A stretch of 63,932 nucleotides of DNA, filler included, from Reticulomyxa filosa (Eukaryota > Protista > Foraminifera): assembly GCA_000512085.1 (NCBI GenBank). It is 22 parts of 22 records of this genome, joined end to end, with 100 filler letters (N's around TTAATTAATTAA, not from the genome) between each part and the next. Parts side by side here need not be neighbours in the genome. Positions count along the whole stretch, not along the records: positions 21,638 to 25,667 come from ASPP01001886.1; positions 25,768 to 29,743 come from ASPP01020120.1; positions 29,844 to 30,953 come from ASPP01024514.1; positions 31,054 to 32,948 come from ASPP01042303.1; positions 33,049 to 35,132 come from ASPP01020189.1; positions 35,233 to 37,049 come from ASPP01016111.1; positions 37,150 to 38,273 come from ASPP01008163.1; 15 more parts are not named here. One strand, written 5' to 3'. The position numbers and the translations under genes were made by a program. Positions 24,500 through 37,195 of the stretch are shown piece by piece (positions within the stretch are counted from its first letter, which is position 1; each line of letters opens with the position of its first letter). Under the pieces are notes generated by a model that searched no databases, was not told where the DNA came from, and saw only the letters and a list, made by a program, of their open reading frames with translations.

Positions 24500-24740
24500 T
24501 GCATGCAGATCACCAATTTGCAATTGAGCCACCGGCTTTGGATATAAACATCATTATGAGATTGAACACAACAGAAATTAGGATTATTTTAAACGCTTCT
24601 TTCAAGTATTCATGTTGTCAACAAACAATTTCAATAGGATTATTCGTGACTTGTTTGCAAATCAAACAAATAAAATAGCTAATCTACTTAACTGCAATAT
24701 CTAATATTTTCTGAATGTGGCTGCTCAGAGAAAGCAGAGT
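24500..24740 (-). pseudogene. Decayed RING/TRAF-type zinc-finger gene N-terminus
   Basis: Reverse strand gives ...ILQLS / YFICLICKQVTNNPIEIVC*QHE, with stops and frameshifts. Confidence 0.55.
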
Positions 24741-26120
24741 AACTCCAATTTCTGGTTCTTTTTCAGTTTTTTGCTCTTTTTGAATGAGGGGGTGAGGGGG
24801 TAAACAGTAAGACTAACAGATTAAAAAATGACGTTCGGTATTCCACAAAAAAAATAGCCAAACACTACAACAACGGATTTTTGTATTATGTTATTATTGT
24901 GTATATCGTTGATATACAATAATTTGTGCGAATGTTAATTTCAAAACTGGTTGAACAAAAAGAATTGACTGGACAAATTATTCAAGTTATTACAACATGT
25001 GATGACATATTTTTCTTTACAATAAAAATAAATCACACTATTTGTCAAATATAAATGTTGAAATTAATCAAGATCTTTTATGAAATGGATCAAATAAAAA
25101 GCACATGACCAATAAAAAAAAACAAGGAATTATTGTTGCAAAGAATAGCAATCAATTAAAAAGCAGATGGAGAATTATCTCTACAAATATACCTTTTTAA
25201 ATGATGATTACTTCAATTGAACATATGAAAAAAAATCAACATTTGGGCAATATTCGATTTATTTTTTTATTAAAAAATTATATTTGATAATATTATTACA
25301 ATTGATGGATGTATTTATGTTACTTTGTGTTAGATTGCAAACATTAGATAATTCTCATGTCAATGTTGGTAATTGTTATAATTGGTCAGGTGGGTCATAT
25401 TTTAAGAAAGGATAAAATGGAGGCAAAGAAATGTTATGAATGATTGTCGATTTATACTCAAAAATTGGGTAAAAATAATCCAAAAAAAAGTATAGTTAAA
25501 ATTGAAAAATTTGTAAGTTTATTAAAGTATATTGCGGAAAAAACTGACACACATAAATGGCACCCTTATGAAGACAATCGATTTTCTTCACAAAAATAAA
25601 TATTTAAATCTAATTTTTAAAAAAAATCCACAAATCTTGTGATTTTTAATATAAACTGAGTTTTATANNNNNNNNNNNNNNNNNNNNNNNNNNNNNNNNN
25701 NNNNNNNNNNNTTAATTAATTAANNNNNNNNNNNNNNNNNNNNNNNNNNNNNNNNNNNNNNNNNNNNTGATGTTGTAGTATATTTCTTATTTACTTTACT
25801 ATAATATTATATATTTATATATAATATAATCAAATGTGATAAATTTGTTTCGAATATAGAAACGTGTATGTAACAATTGCATATTATTTGAAACACTTAT
25901 GTTGATTTAATACTGGATAAGCAACAAAATAACAACGTAGTTATATAATCAAATAATAATTTGTAGCGAAGCAAAGTACTTAAATACAACTATAAAAGTG
26001 CAAAAAAGTAATATTATAATGATTGATATCATACAATATATTTGTCAAAAAAGAAATACGACAAATTGAAATAATATGCATTACTTATTAAAGTGTTTAT
26101 ACAAAATATATGCAAAAGAT

Positions 26121-27303
26121 ATAAAATGGCACATTATAAAGATAATTGATTTTTTTCATGAAAAATAATATTCATAATAATTTTATTTGAAAAATATTTA
26201 CAAATATTGTAGTTTTAAAATATTGTAGTGCAAGGCCCTATAAATATCTGAACGTTGAAGGAACATGGGAGTCCCCAGTGGGCTAAAACTTAATCAACCA
26301 ACTACTTATTACTTCCTTGCTTTTCTTAATTTCCTTTTTGTCATTTTGATTTATTACTTAATTTACTTTGTTTTACTGAAATTCACTATCATTCGAGTGA
26401 AAACTTTTCGTATTACATTTAGTGTAGCTCTTCACAGTAGACTTCCCACAATATCATTTTTTTTATTAAATATTTACTAATTGTTTGAAAATTTAAATAG
26501 CTTTTTCGGCATTATTTTCGCTTTAATAAAGAATTTTTTACTCTAAGTTTTTTTACACTTTTAAAAATGTTTGCCGTTTTGTTATTTTTGACTGCGTTTG
26601 CGCGCTTTTTTTATTTATATTTGCAGCATTAATTAAAATTATTGTATATGTTCTTTTTTATTTTCTGAAATGGTTACAATAACAAGATGATGTTTACTTT
26701 GTGAAAAAAAAGATTTTGAAAATTTTTGCTTGATTTTTAAGCAACATTTTTCTGTTTATTATTGTCAGTAGTGTTGACCAAGATAGACTATGAAAAAAAA
26801 ATAAGTAGTTATTAAATACAAGCCAAAAAATTGACACAAGACGGCAAAAAATTAAAAATTAAATTTAAAAATAATCACTTAAACTATGACATTCTTAACA
26901 CAAAAACCGCTTTACTGTCATTCATTTTTGTTTTTTTAACCATATTGATGATTTTTATTTTAATACATTTTTTCAATAAATTTTGTTTATTCGTTTTAAT
27001 TGCGAAATCTTGTTATTTTTTAAAAAAGGCGGAAAATATTAAGACAGAACATTTTTTAAAACTGTTTTGAAAAAAATTGGTAAATTTCATTGTTACCGTT
27101 CAGTCACGATTATCAACTTTTTCTCAAAAATTTTCAAAAATCAATAAAATTCAAATTTTTCAAACAATTAGGAAGATTTAATAAAAAACCAAAATTATAT
27201 TTAAAAACTAACTGATTCGTAGTATTTTTCAAAAAAAATTATGTCTGAATGTTGTTTTTTCATGAAGAAAATCAATTGTCTTTGTAAAATGCCATTTTAG
27301 ATG
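26121..27303. mobile_element. Putative non-autonomous DNA transposon / foldback element bounded by inverted copies of the dispersed repeat
   Basis: 26121-26225 and the reverse complement of 27190-27303 align (TAAAATGGCA...AATTGATTTT.TTCATGAAAAA). An inner inverted pair lies at ~26570 (TTTGCCGTTTTGT) and ~26836 (ACAAGACGGCAAA). No coding capacity. Confidence 0.5.
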
Positions 27304-27997
27304 AAATTTCTTTTGTGTTTTACTGTACAAATTAGAACATATAAACATTGATTAACATAAGTTTACATATAATTGAGATGAATCGATCGTTGGGTAGTAC
27401 GCATAGCACAAATGTGATAAACTGTATAAGTTTGTAATTCGTGTTAGATGTTCTACCGATAATTTGAATTTTATACGCTTTAAGGAACACGTCGCAGTTT
27501 CTTTCTGTCGAATATATTCAAAGCAAAAATTTAATTTTTAGACATTAGAAATGTGAAAATTTACTAGTTACTAACAATTGTTATTGTAAATTAACTGATT
27601 TTGTCTTTGCCAAGTACAGAATGAGTTATGTAGCATACTTAAAATTGCATACAAACAAAAGTGTTTTATGTGGATTAATATGCGCGTGTTAAGTATGTAA
27701 TACAATATTTACATTTTTTTCATGAGTCAATATGCATAAACAGTCAAACAATTGTTAGACATATGAGCTAATTCAGCAAAATGAAAATTGATGATGTCTT
27801 AAAATAAATGTGTATATCAAATTTTAACAATTTATCATTAAAAATATTTAATGTCATTTATCTTTCTTAGAATATAAAACAAAAAGAAATTCGTGTTGTG
27901 TGACCATAAACAAAATACAAAAAATTGACCTTGAAGAGAAAAAATACACTTACGTAACAAACACAATATAAAAGCAGAACAATGAAAAAATATATTA

Positions 27998-29680
27998 ATT
28001 ATTGTGGAAATGGATCGTTGCTTAATGAACTGAGGCTTTCGTCGTCACTACTCGATCGCTTTTTGATAGTTTTATGTTTTTTCTTTTGTGACATAATTGG
28101 TCCAGCAGAAGTTTTTAAATTGTTGCGAGAAATTCTTGGTGTACGTTCTTGTTGGCTGTTTTTTTTGTTTGGTTCGGATGGAATTGTTTTTTTTCAGGTA
28201 CCACGGGTATGGTGATCTCTTTTGGCTTTGGCTTGTCCTCTTCATCAGACTCCAGATCAAACATTTTGGAAATACTTTCACGGCGAAATCGATCGGGCTT
28301 ATTGAGATCAGATGCTATTTATTTTTATAAGTGCACCTTTTCCAATAGGAAAATAATGAAAATAAAAATAAAAATAACGCATACGAGGGGCAGCGATTCG
28401 AACGGATTGAGATGTTAATGGCACATGAGTGAATTCCTGGGATATGGATTGAAATTGAACGGAAGGATTCGGTTCGAATTTAGACATTTGGTATCCGCGA
28501 ATCCTGACGGGGTTGTTGGCACCAGTATCTTCGTTTTTATTTGTATCTTGAGAGGTAGCAGACGCTAATATAATAGGATGAATCGTTTGAGCAGGCTGCA
28601 CAGGAGTAACAGTTTGAATATTTTGGATCGATTGAATGGGTTGCATTTGTTGTAATGGCTGTAGATTCCATCCCTGCCATGGCTGAACCATAGTCACGTT
28701 AGGGTTGGTGACGATCGAAGATGTTTGAAGTAATTGCGGTTGAATCGCAGTAATCGACATTTGTACATTATTGATATTCCCAACTGGACTATTCGTGACT
28801 GTAGCGAAAGGATGAATTATCATTGACTGACCCTGTTGAGCAAAAGGAGTAGTATTAGGAAAAGGGTATGAAATTCTAGTGATATCAGATGCATCACTCA
28901 TACGACGATCACGTGTGTCTGCCGGCAGCTGTGGGATAGACCCTATAACTGCGTTATAATTTCATTTTTTTTTTTTACACGTATACGTACACACTATATA
29001 AATACGTATATAAATATGATGTTATTTTAAGATGCAACTTGATTTCGCACTGTCTCCAGGGACATTATAAGATGAATTGGAAACACGACGATGTATGTGG
29101 GGAGAAGTCTGCGATTTGGAGCCCCTCCTTTTTGTAGCAAGTTTGTCGCGACCAGATGTGGAATAAGAACGTTGTCGCGACCGCGGATGTGAATGCAAAT
29201 GGATAGAATGCCGACTTGCTTTGCGTTTGGAAGAGGTCTTATTTCCACGCTTTGTGGAATCGGGAACAGACATATCGTCCGACTCTGAAGGAGAGTCATC
29301 GTTACGATTGCCACCGATACTTGCATCATCCTCATTGTGCGAATTGAAGTGGAAATGCTCAACGTTGCCGACGTGTGTCGAATATCCAGGATGAAACCAG
29401 TCACGGATTCGAGAAGAATAGTTGGCTGCAAGATAGCAAAGGAACATTGCCAAAGTAATTATGCATATTAACCCAACTACTCCCCATATCTCCAGCCAAT
29501 TCCAATCTTTCGAATGCCCTCCAGAACTCACTTGGTTGTCACTCGAATTGCCTTCCGATATCTTCGTCGTCAGCAAACTTGTACTAATCGTTGGGCGAGA
29601 GGTTGGATACATCGTTGGTTTTGGCACTTTAGTTTCCCCATTCATTCGTTCATTTATCAAAGAAAAAATTGGAAGAGGGA
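27998..29680 (-). CDS. Single-pass membrane protein with PT/Ser-Thr stalk and long disordered cytoplasmic tail; 3' part
   Basis: VPKPTMYPTSRPT stalk, then TM segment IWGVVGLICIITLAMFLCYLA. Ser/Arg- and Gln/Pro-rich exons follow at 29022-29660, 28380-28940 and ~28000-28310. Confidence 0.6.
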
Positions 29681-29705
29681 GGAGAGGAGGAAAAAAAAAA
29701 GAGGC

Positions 29706-29743
<38 letters not shown>

Positions 29744-30079
29744 NNNNNNNNNNNNNNNNNNNNNNNNNNNNNNNNNNNNNNNNNNNNTTAATTAATTAAN
29801 NNNNNNNNNNNNNNNNNNNNNNNNNNNNNNNNNNNNNNNNNNNAAAAAATTTTTATCACGATAAAAAATTTTACTAGTTAAAAAAAAATTCTTTTTTTAG
29901 TAAGATTAACTTCGAACTTCTTTCAGATACTGCTAGATGTTGCAGTATCTAGTTGTTTTGTGCTTGTCTTTATTCAAAATACAATTTTTTTTCAAAAGTT
30001 TATCTCGATGATGAAGGATGTTTAAATTATTTTTTTTTTTTTTTCGAGCAAGAATTACAATATGATATAAAAATCACTG

Positions 30080-30900
30080 AATATATTGTCGTTGAATCAT
30101 AACATTAACGATGTGGATTAGATTTTATTGTATTCAATGGACTACATATTATAAATACATTGCCATTTGACTGTACATTTACGAAAGACAATGTGACATT
30201 AAGCATTGATATCACATTGTGTTCATCGTCTATTCTCTGTCAGGCTTGGGAATATGCACAATGCTTGCCTTTTTCCATCAAAATAGGAATACCAATGATT
30301 CAATTATTTTATTGCCACCATTCTTTAACATTTGATTGTTGATGTTATCAGGACCTTGAGCTTTGTATGGTACCTCAATAACTTCTTCTTTTGTAATATC
30401 ACTATGTTGGACATCACTCAAACAAATGAAATCATCAGCCAATTCCAATGGTTTAGATATTGCAACTTTATATATAATGTCATTTTTTGGAGGGTTCTGC
30501 AAATGTCTCGCTAATATATATGCTTTATCAGTATCCGATCTTGCCACTAAATTTGTTTCCTTGTTCACCAATGCTGGAATAATGCATATCTTATTGGTGT
30601 TCAATGTCCTTTGTGTGAATAAATTTTGTATTCCCTTCATGCAGCGAATTAATGCGTTTACCATATATCGATGCTTTTCCAATTGCAATTTCCTTCGTAA
30701 TTGCTTAGCAGATCTCTTATACAGCATCAAATTCCTTGGTGTTCTTTGTTTACGAAATCTGTTCTTTGAACTCTATTTCGTAATCGACTTAAACTATCAC
30801 TCGCCATGGCTTGTTGCCTTTCCAAATTCTCTTGATACCAATTGTCGCTTATCCAGCTTCGACAACACATTTAGTCCAAGATTCGATTGCTCCCAAAAGG
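30080..30900 (-). mobile_element. Degenerate non-LTR retrotransposon (LINE) ORF2 fragment
   Basis: DITKEEV...KAQGPDNINNQMLKNGG..IIESLVFLF followed, in a shifted frame, by WKKASIVHIPKPDR. These are motifs that precede LINE reverse transcriptase domains; the region has deletions and stops. Confidence 0.8.
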
Positions 30901-33048
30901 AACACAGTATTCTAATGAAAACAAACAAAAAAAGGAAAAGATCAATAAAATATNNNNNNNNNNNNNNNNNNNNNNNNNNNNNNNNNNNNNNNNNNNNTTA
31001 ATTAATTAANNNNNNNNNNNNNNNNNNNNNNNNNNNNNNNNNNNNNNNNNNNNTTTTTTTCTAATTCTTTCTTTTTTTCCACCCTTTTTTATTCATATAT
31101 TTTTTTCACTCTTTTTTATTCACATATTTTCCCCCTTTTTATCAATTTTTTTTCTATTATTTTTTATACATTTTTCCACTGTTTTTTCCCTCACCCCTCT
31201 TTCTGCAACTTTTTCAATAAAAAATCTTTGCGTACTGGTGCATCTGTACAAACACAAAAATATTATTTGTTAAGTTTTTAACAGTAACAAAATATACATA
31301 ACTATTAGTTGGATTCAATCTCCTATTTCAAATTTTTTCCTACTGTGAACAAACTCAAATTTTTTTTTTGTTTATGTATGTATGTATGTGACAATAAAAA
31401 TATAAATACAAATATTTTTCTTTGTGCAGGGGAATTCCTATGTATTAAACAAATACACAATTGCATTATGTTAACAAAAAAAACATATATATAAATACAA
31501 CATACCTCTTTTGTTTTTATCGTATGCCGGGTGGTCTTCGACCCCATTTTTTTTGTGTGTGGAGGGAAGTGTGCGAACATGTAACTGTTTGGGGGGACGG
31601 TGGATTCCTATACACAAACACACATAAGCTTGATATATTTTTATATAAAAAAAAGATATAACAAACCTCTTTTGCTCCTTTCGGAGACAGGGGTGGATTC
31701 TACCCCGTTCCTGCTTGTCATTGTTGTCGTCGTTGTCATCGTGTTATTAATCTATGTTATTTTTTATACGTAGTATACACTATTGAAAAAAAATTATACA
31801 TTGTTATCATACATGTACATATATACGTATGTTAAAAAAATGTTTGACATACCAATTGACCTTGTCAGATTGACCGTGATCTGATGGCCTTTTTTTTATT
31901 GTGTTGCGCGATGCGCAGTCGTTGGGGTGAGATTTCCATTTTTGCCCTTCCACGTACGAGCCTTTTTGTACGGTGATCGATTTCGTCACGACTGAGCAAC
32001 GCGCCGGCAAATTGACGAAATTTGATTAGTGCTGATACATTGAATGATCGCCCCAGCCAACGTAATACAATGCCATCACCATCAGTACTATTCATAATAT
32101 CAACAATATCATTCTTGCCACTTTCCACACAAGCATCGTTAATAACACCATCATTTGTGTTTGCATGGTCTTGCCTACGTAGGTTTTGACTTGAGCAAAG
32201 CATTTTCTCTGGTAGTCATAACATGCTGTCCATTGTATTTTTTTAAAAATTATAAAATTGAAACATATTGTCATTTTATTGTTATCAAAGTTTTTTACAT
32301 ACTTCTCTATATCTTTTTTTTTAATTGAAAGAAAGATAATGAAAGCAACTGTAGTGCAAGGTCACAAAATCGAGTGACTTAATTTTTTTAAAAAATCCAG
32401 TGATTGGATGCTCATGAATTTGATCTGCTGCACCTATATTTCCAATTTGTGTGATAATTTGTTGATGATTTGTGCGATAGTTGATGTGCTGGTTGATCTG
32501 ATGGTGATGTGTTTGTCGATTTAATAATTTTTGTGATTGTTGTTGATATCGCCATTCCACCCGTTGAACGTGACTGTGTAAAGGTTTGTGGGGTGTTGAC
32601 GGCCAACTTTTCATATTAATGATTTGGGCGTTATTTGTGGGAAAATATTGATACAAAATGACCATCATGCAACGCCAGCCCAGACTTTGGTGACCAAGAA
32701 AAGAGAAAAAGAGTTTTTATAACTACCCAACAACACCTCCATAAAAAAGAATTTGTAATTTCAATTTTAATTAACATATTTCGTCAAAATAAAATATTTT
32801 TGATTAAAATATTTGACCAAGATAACTTTACAATACTTTTCACGTCAAACAAGAAAAAAAAAGTTCTAGGCCAAAAAAAGTTTTTTTTGAAGATCTAAAT
32901 CTATCAACATTTGAACAAGACCTTTCAAAGGAAAACTAGTACAGCGTTNNNNNNNNNNNNNNNNNNNNNNNNNNNNNNNNNNNNNNNNNNNNTTAATTAA
33001 TTAANNNNNNNNNNNNNNNNNNNNNNNNNNNNNNNNNNNNNNNNNNNN

Positions 33049-33080
<32 letters not shown>

Positions 33081-33149
33081 TATATGTATATGACTAATGA
33101 AATTATTTTCATTGTCCACCATAAATATTACATCCCTTCAAAAACAAAA

Positions 33150-34110
33150 CAAAATAGCACCAACTACATTGTCCACAACAAGGTCACCAACAAAAAGACC
33201 GACAATCAGACCGACAACCTCTGCTCCCACGCCGGCCCCCGTTTCGACCTTTGCTCCAACGCCGTCCCATGTTCCGGGTCAGACACTTGCACCCACAGTG
33301 TCCCCTGGACAACATAGCAATAGCACAGATGGGGACAATGCGAACAAACAGGGAAACGGTGTCACCCACACTGGCAATCAGGCAACAATCACATTGCTGA
33401 TTGCTATGTTGATTGTCTTGCTACTGTTGATTGGCTTGTTTGTTTGCGGCTTTTGTTTGTGTCACTACAAAGTAGTAATGCCTGCATTTAACGGCCTTGC
33501 CAAAAACGCTAATGGGCTGATCACTGCCGTGGCAATATCTATGCCAGTCGATGGCTCTTATCAACCACCCCAAGATAATAAGGCTCAAAATGAAAATCCT
33601 CTTCTTCCTTCTCCTCCTCCTCCTCCTCCTAGTGATGCAAATCATGTATCTTTAGAACTTGCCGAAGCAGATGAGGGAAAAGACAACAAAGCCAATTTGC
33701 TTGCTAGCGAGGCTTTGACATACGAAGGCGATGCTGGACCGCAACGTCTTTTAGGCTTGCAACATGTGAATGCGGAACATAATCCCCCACCTCAATCCAA
33801 AAACGAAAATAATCTTCCGCTCTTGGCTGAGAGCAAAAAACTTACTGGTCATTTAAGTTGTCTTTTTTTTTTTTTTTTTTTGAGGAAAAAAAAAATTTTG
33901 ATGTGGAATTGATTATCTTCATATCCAGACGTAGAAGGAAGCAGGCCCATAGAGATGGAGGGAAATGCTTTTGCTGACACACGTGAAGTCAACGGGTCGG
34001 AAATAGGAGATGGAAATGAGGCTCTTCCAACAGTCGAGGCTTTAGACATCATTGATTTGCATCTTGCTGCAAAGGCTGATGTGGAGGGTAATCAAGTGAC
34101 TGGTGAATGA
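33150..34110 (+). CDS. Single-pass membrane protein with PT-rich stalk; 3' part
   Basis: SPTKRPTIRPTTSAPTPAP stalk, TM segment ITLLIAMLIVLLLLIGLFVCGFCL and a poly-Pro tail. The last exon, ~33929-34110, ends VEGNQVTGE*. Confidence 0.7.
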
Positions 34111-34579
34111 GATACAGAAAAGTAATTAAGAACTTTTTACTTATTCTATTGCACATTTTTATGTGGATGATTCCTATCAATGTATTTTTCGAACATTTAT
34201 TCTCGTTCTTGTTTTTTTATTTTGCTTTGTAGTTGCCACTGAATAATATAATGGAAACTTCTTGTTTTTAGAATTTTGTTAATAATTGCAAAAGATTATT
34301 CCAAGTAGCCAATCCTTTTGCAATGAAATCGAAAATGCAAGAAGTGCTTATTGTAACTGTTTTAGGTTACTTATTACTATTTTCAAGGAAAATGATCATT
34401 ATTTAAACAAACAAAAAAAGGGGTCACAACATCTATATAATTTTTTGTTTGTCCTTTTTAATTTCGACTCTATTTGCTTCCCAAAAGCAACAGACACTAT
34501 CTATACAAACAGTGGAACTGTCAACTCTTAAAATGAACACATTCCGTTTTATATGTAATATCGGCACAGCAACACAAAA

Positions 34580-35132
34580 TCACAATAAACACTTGATTTC
34601 TTTCATTCCTTTAGAACTTTTAGCAAATGCCTCGTCGCTGACACAAAATGAAAACCTCAACAAATTCCATGGTTCCTTGTATTGTTCAGATGTAAACGCG
34701 CTCATAGGGAGGCAAGTGACTTTTGCATGCTGTGCAATCCATTTGGTCATTTGCCAATCCAAGTTGTCTTCCAGGTTCCCCCCTTGGCTTTCTGGTACCA
34801 TCAGTTCTGGATTCACAATTTTTCTGCGGATCAGTTTCTGAAGCGCTTCAGAGCACTCTGCAACAGCAAAAAAGGTGCCTTGTGACTTCACAGGCGTGAA
34901 ACCACCATTTGCAATTATCTTCATATGCCATCCAATCAAACAAAATTGGTCATGATTTAAGTCTTCTTGGCTCAAAAAAAAAAAGAGTATCTAATAACTT
35001 CCATGACATCATCCCTCTTTTTTTGATACATTTGTTGAAGCCACTCCCAATAGTTTGAGAAACCACGATACGGTTGATCTCGAGCATGTTGTAGCATTTT
35101 GGACACTGCGACTTGTAATGGAGTAGCCTGGC
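34580..35132 (-). CDS. Class I/II PLP aminotransferase, kynurenine aminotransferase-like; C-terminal part
   Basis: ATPLQVAV...YWEWLQQMYQKKRD, then an intron, then GFTPVKSQGTFF..., DWQMTKWIAQHAKVTCLPMSAF and LLRFSFC. Confidence 0.85.
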
Positions 35133-35261
35133 NNNNNNNNNNNNNNNNNNNNNNNNNNNNNNNNNNNNNNNNNNNNTTAATTAATTAANNNNNNNNNNNN
35201 NNNNNNNNNNNNNNNNNNNNNNNNNNNNNNNNTTTTTTTTTTTGCAAAACGTTCCATCGAA

Positions 35262-35999
35262 ATGTCGACAGAAAAATTGCAATCTGGGAATAATCGTGTA
35301 AAACTTGTTGTGACCTCACAGCATGTGGAGTATCATGAAAATGACCCCTCGACCGCGTCCAATAATAAAAGCGTGGAAACGCATGACACGACAAAAGAGG
35401 AGGAAAGGAAATACACGACCGAGAACGAGAGAGCAAAGCATAAGATCGAGCTGAAGCACGACATAGTGGAAATGGAAGAAGATCCAAGCAAGGCATTTTG
35501 TGTGGAGTACATGATATTTCCAAAGAGCCTAGTGTGGGTTTGGATTGGTTATACGTCGTGTGCTATTGGTGGTGCAAACAAGACATTGCAATCATCGTCT
35601 CCGTTCTCACCACCTTCACTTGAGACAATGAACAGCGACGAAAGTGCAGCTACCTCCAGTGCTAACAGTATACGTGAATGCAAAATGAACAATTTGATAA
35701 TCGCAATGCCAAGTCGTCAGTCGACGTCATTGTCGACACATATTCCATTGATTGCCAATGAAAAGAGCCGAGTGTGCAATGAGTTGGCAATAAAGCTATG
35801 TCAAAGTCTGTCCCGTGTGTTGGAGAAACATCCGAGCAATCTCAACACGGTGCAAGTGTCTTGTGACATTCCGTCCGAAGTCCTTCAAGACGCCGACCTC
35901 GACGACACCACTGTGTCCATTCACTCCAAGATCGAAAAGCTCATTGTCGCCTCTTTCAAAAGACATTGTCTGCAACTGTCCGTCCCTCTGGACACGTGA
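35262..35999 (+). CDS. Proteasome assembly chaperone 4 (PSMG4/Poc4)-like protein
   Basis: The motif order SLVWVWIG ... MNNLIIAMPSR...LST ... LCQSLS ... VQVSCDIP resembles PAC4 from memory of the family. It carries low-complexity inserts. Confidence 0.55.
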   Translation: MSTEKLQSGNNRVKLVVTSQHVEYHENDPSTASNNKSVETHDTTKEEERKYTTENERAKHKIELKHDIVEMEEDPSKAFCVEYMIFPKSLVWVWIGYTSCAIGGANKTLQSSSPFSPPSLETMNSDESAATSSANSIRECKMNNLIIAMPSRQSTSLSTHIPLIANEKSRVCNELAIKLCQSLSRVLEKHPSNLNTVQVSCDIPSEVLQDADLDDTTVSIHSKIEKLIVASFKRHCLQLSVPLDT

Positions 36000-36348
36000 C
36001 AGCCAATATTGACTTGGGGAGGAGGGAAAAGGGAAGGGAAAAAAAAAAATTGCAAATTTCAAACTACTTGAAAAAAAAAAATGATCCACCTTTTTATTTT
36101 AAATTTATCAAATCACTTCTTTAAACAAAATTTTGAAATGATTTGAAAAAAAATTTATATCAAGTTTGAATCACATTATTTTTCTGAAAGAATTTTTTTT
36201 AAACATTTAAAAAAAAAAAAAAAGGTCCCCCCCCTTTTTTTTGTTGTTGCGAAGGGAAAAACATGAACTTTACAAAAATCTTGGCTGTGTATGTTTCACA
36301 TGTACATGCAATGCGATGTGTTTCATTATATTATTAAAAGTAGTAATA

Positions 36349-36950
36349 TTACAGAATATGACAAAAACAGGGGGTGGGGGGAGAATTATTTTCGATGTCG
36401 TTTATAATGGGACCAATGATAGGCTTCAACTTGCGAACAAGTTCAAAAAAGCACTCTTCATTGTTGATTTTGCCTTTGCACTCGTCTCATAGAAGCTTAC
36501 AAAGGCTCCTGATTTGGCCCATCTTTCCGCAGCTACTTTGGCGTCCTGAGTAGACACCTCTCTTCTTTCTGGCAAGTCGCATTTATTCCCTATGTATGCA
36601 TATACGTACACCATACTTAATATGATATGTGTGTTATATGCATATACACACATATAAACATATGTATATGTATATATGCATATATATATATATATATACC
36701 GGCTAAAACAATGACCACTTGGTGCATTTCTTCTTCTTTGACGGCGCAAATCTTTTCAAAAATCTGTTCGACTCGATCGAAGGATTGTTTGGATGTGATC
36801 GAATAGACTAACAAAAAGCCGTTTTCTTTTCGAATCCACAGGTCTTGCATGGTCGAAAATTCCTCCTCCCCTGATGTGTCCAACACTTCCAATACTTCTT
36901 CTTGTCCATCGATTATTGCTCTTTTTCGATACGAGTCTTCAATCTTTTCC
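36349..36950 (-). CDS. Ras-family small GTPase (5' exon missing; 1-nt frameshift near the 3' end)
   Basis: IEDSYRK effector loop, DTSGEEEF, GNKCDL and ETSAK. Adding one base at the T4 run 36468-36471 restores KINNEECFFELVRKL...TPCFCHIL* (CaaX). Confidence 0.9.
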
Positions 36951-36986
36951 GATTCCCACATTTTTTTTTTTACAAAATAAAAATAT

Positions 36987-37021
<35 letters not shown>

Positions 37022-37149
37022 CCAAAAAAAAAAAAAAAAAAAAAAAAAANNNNNNNNNNNNNNNNNNNNNNNNNNNNNNNNNNNNNNNNNNNNTTAATTA
37101 ATTAANNNNNNNNNNNNNNNNNNNNNNNNNNNNNNNNNNNNNNNNNNNN

Positions 37150-37186
<37 letters not shown>

Positions 37187-37195
37187 TGTAACCAA

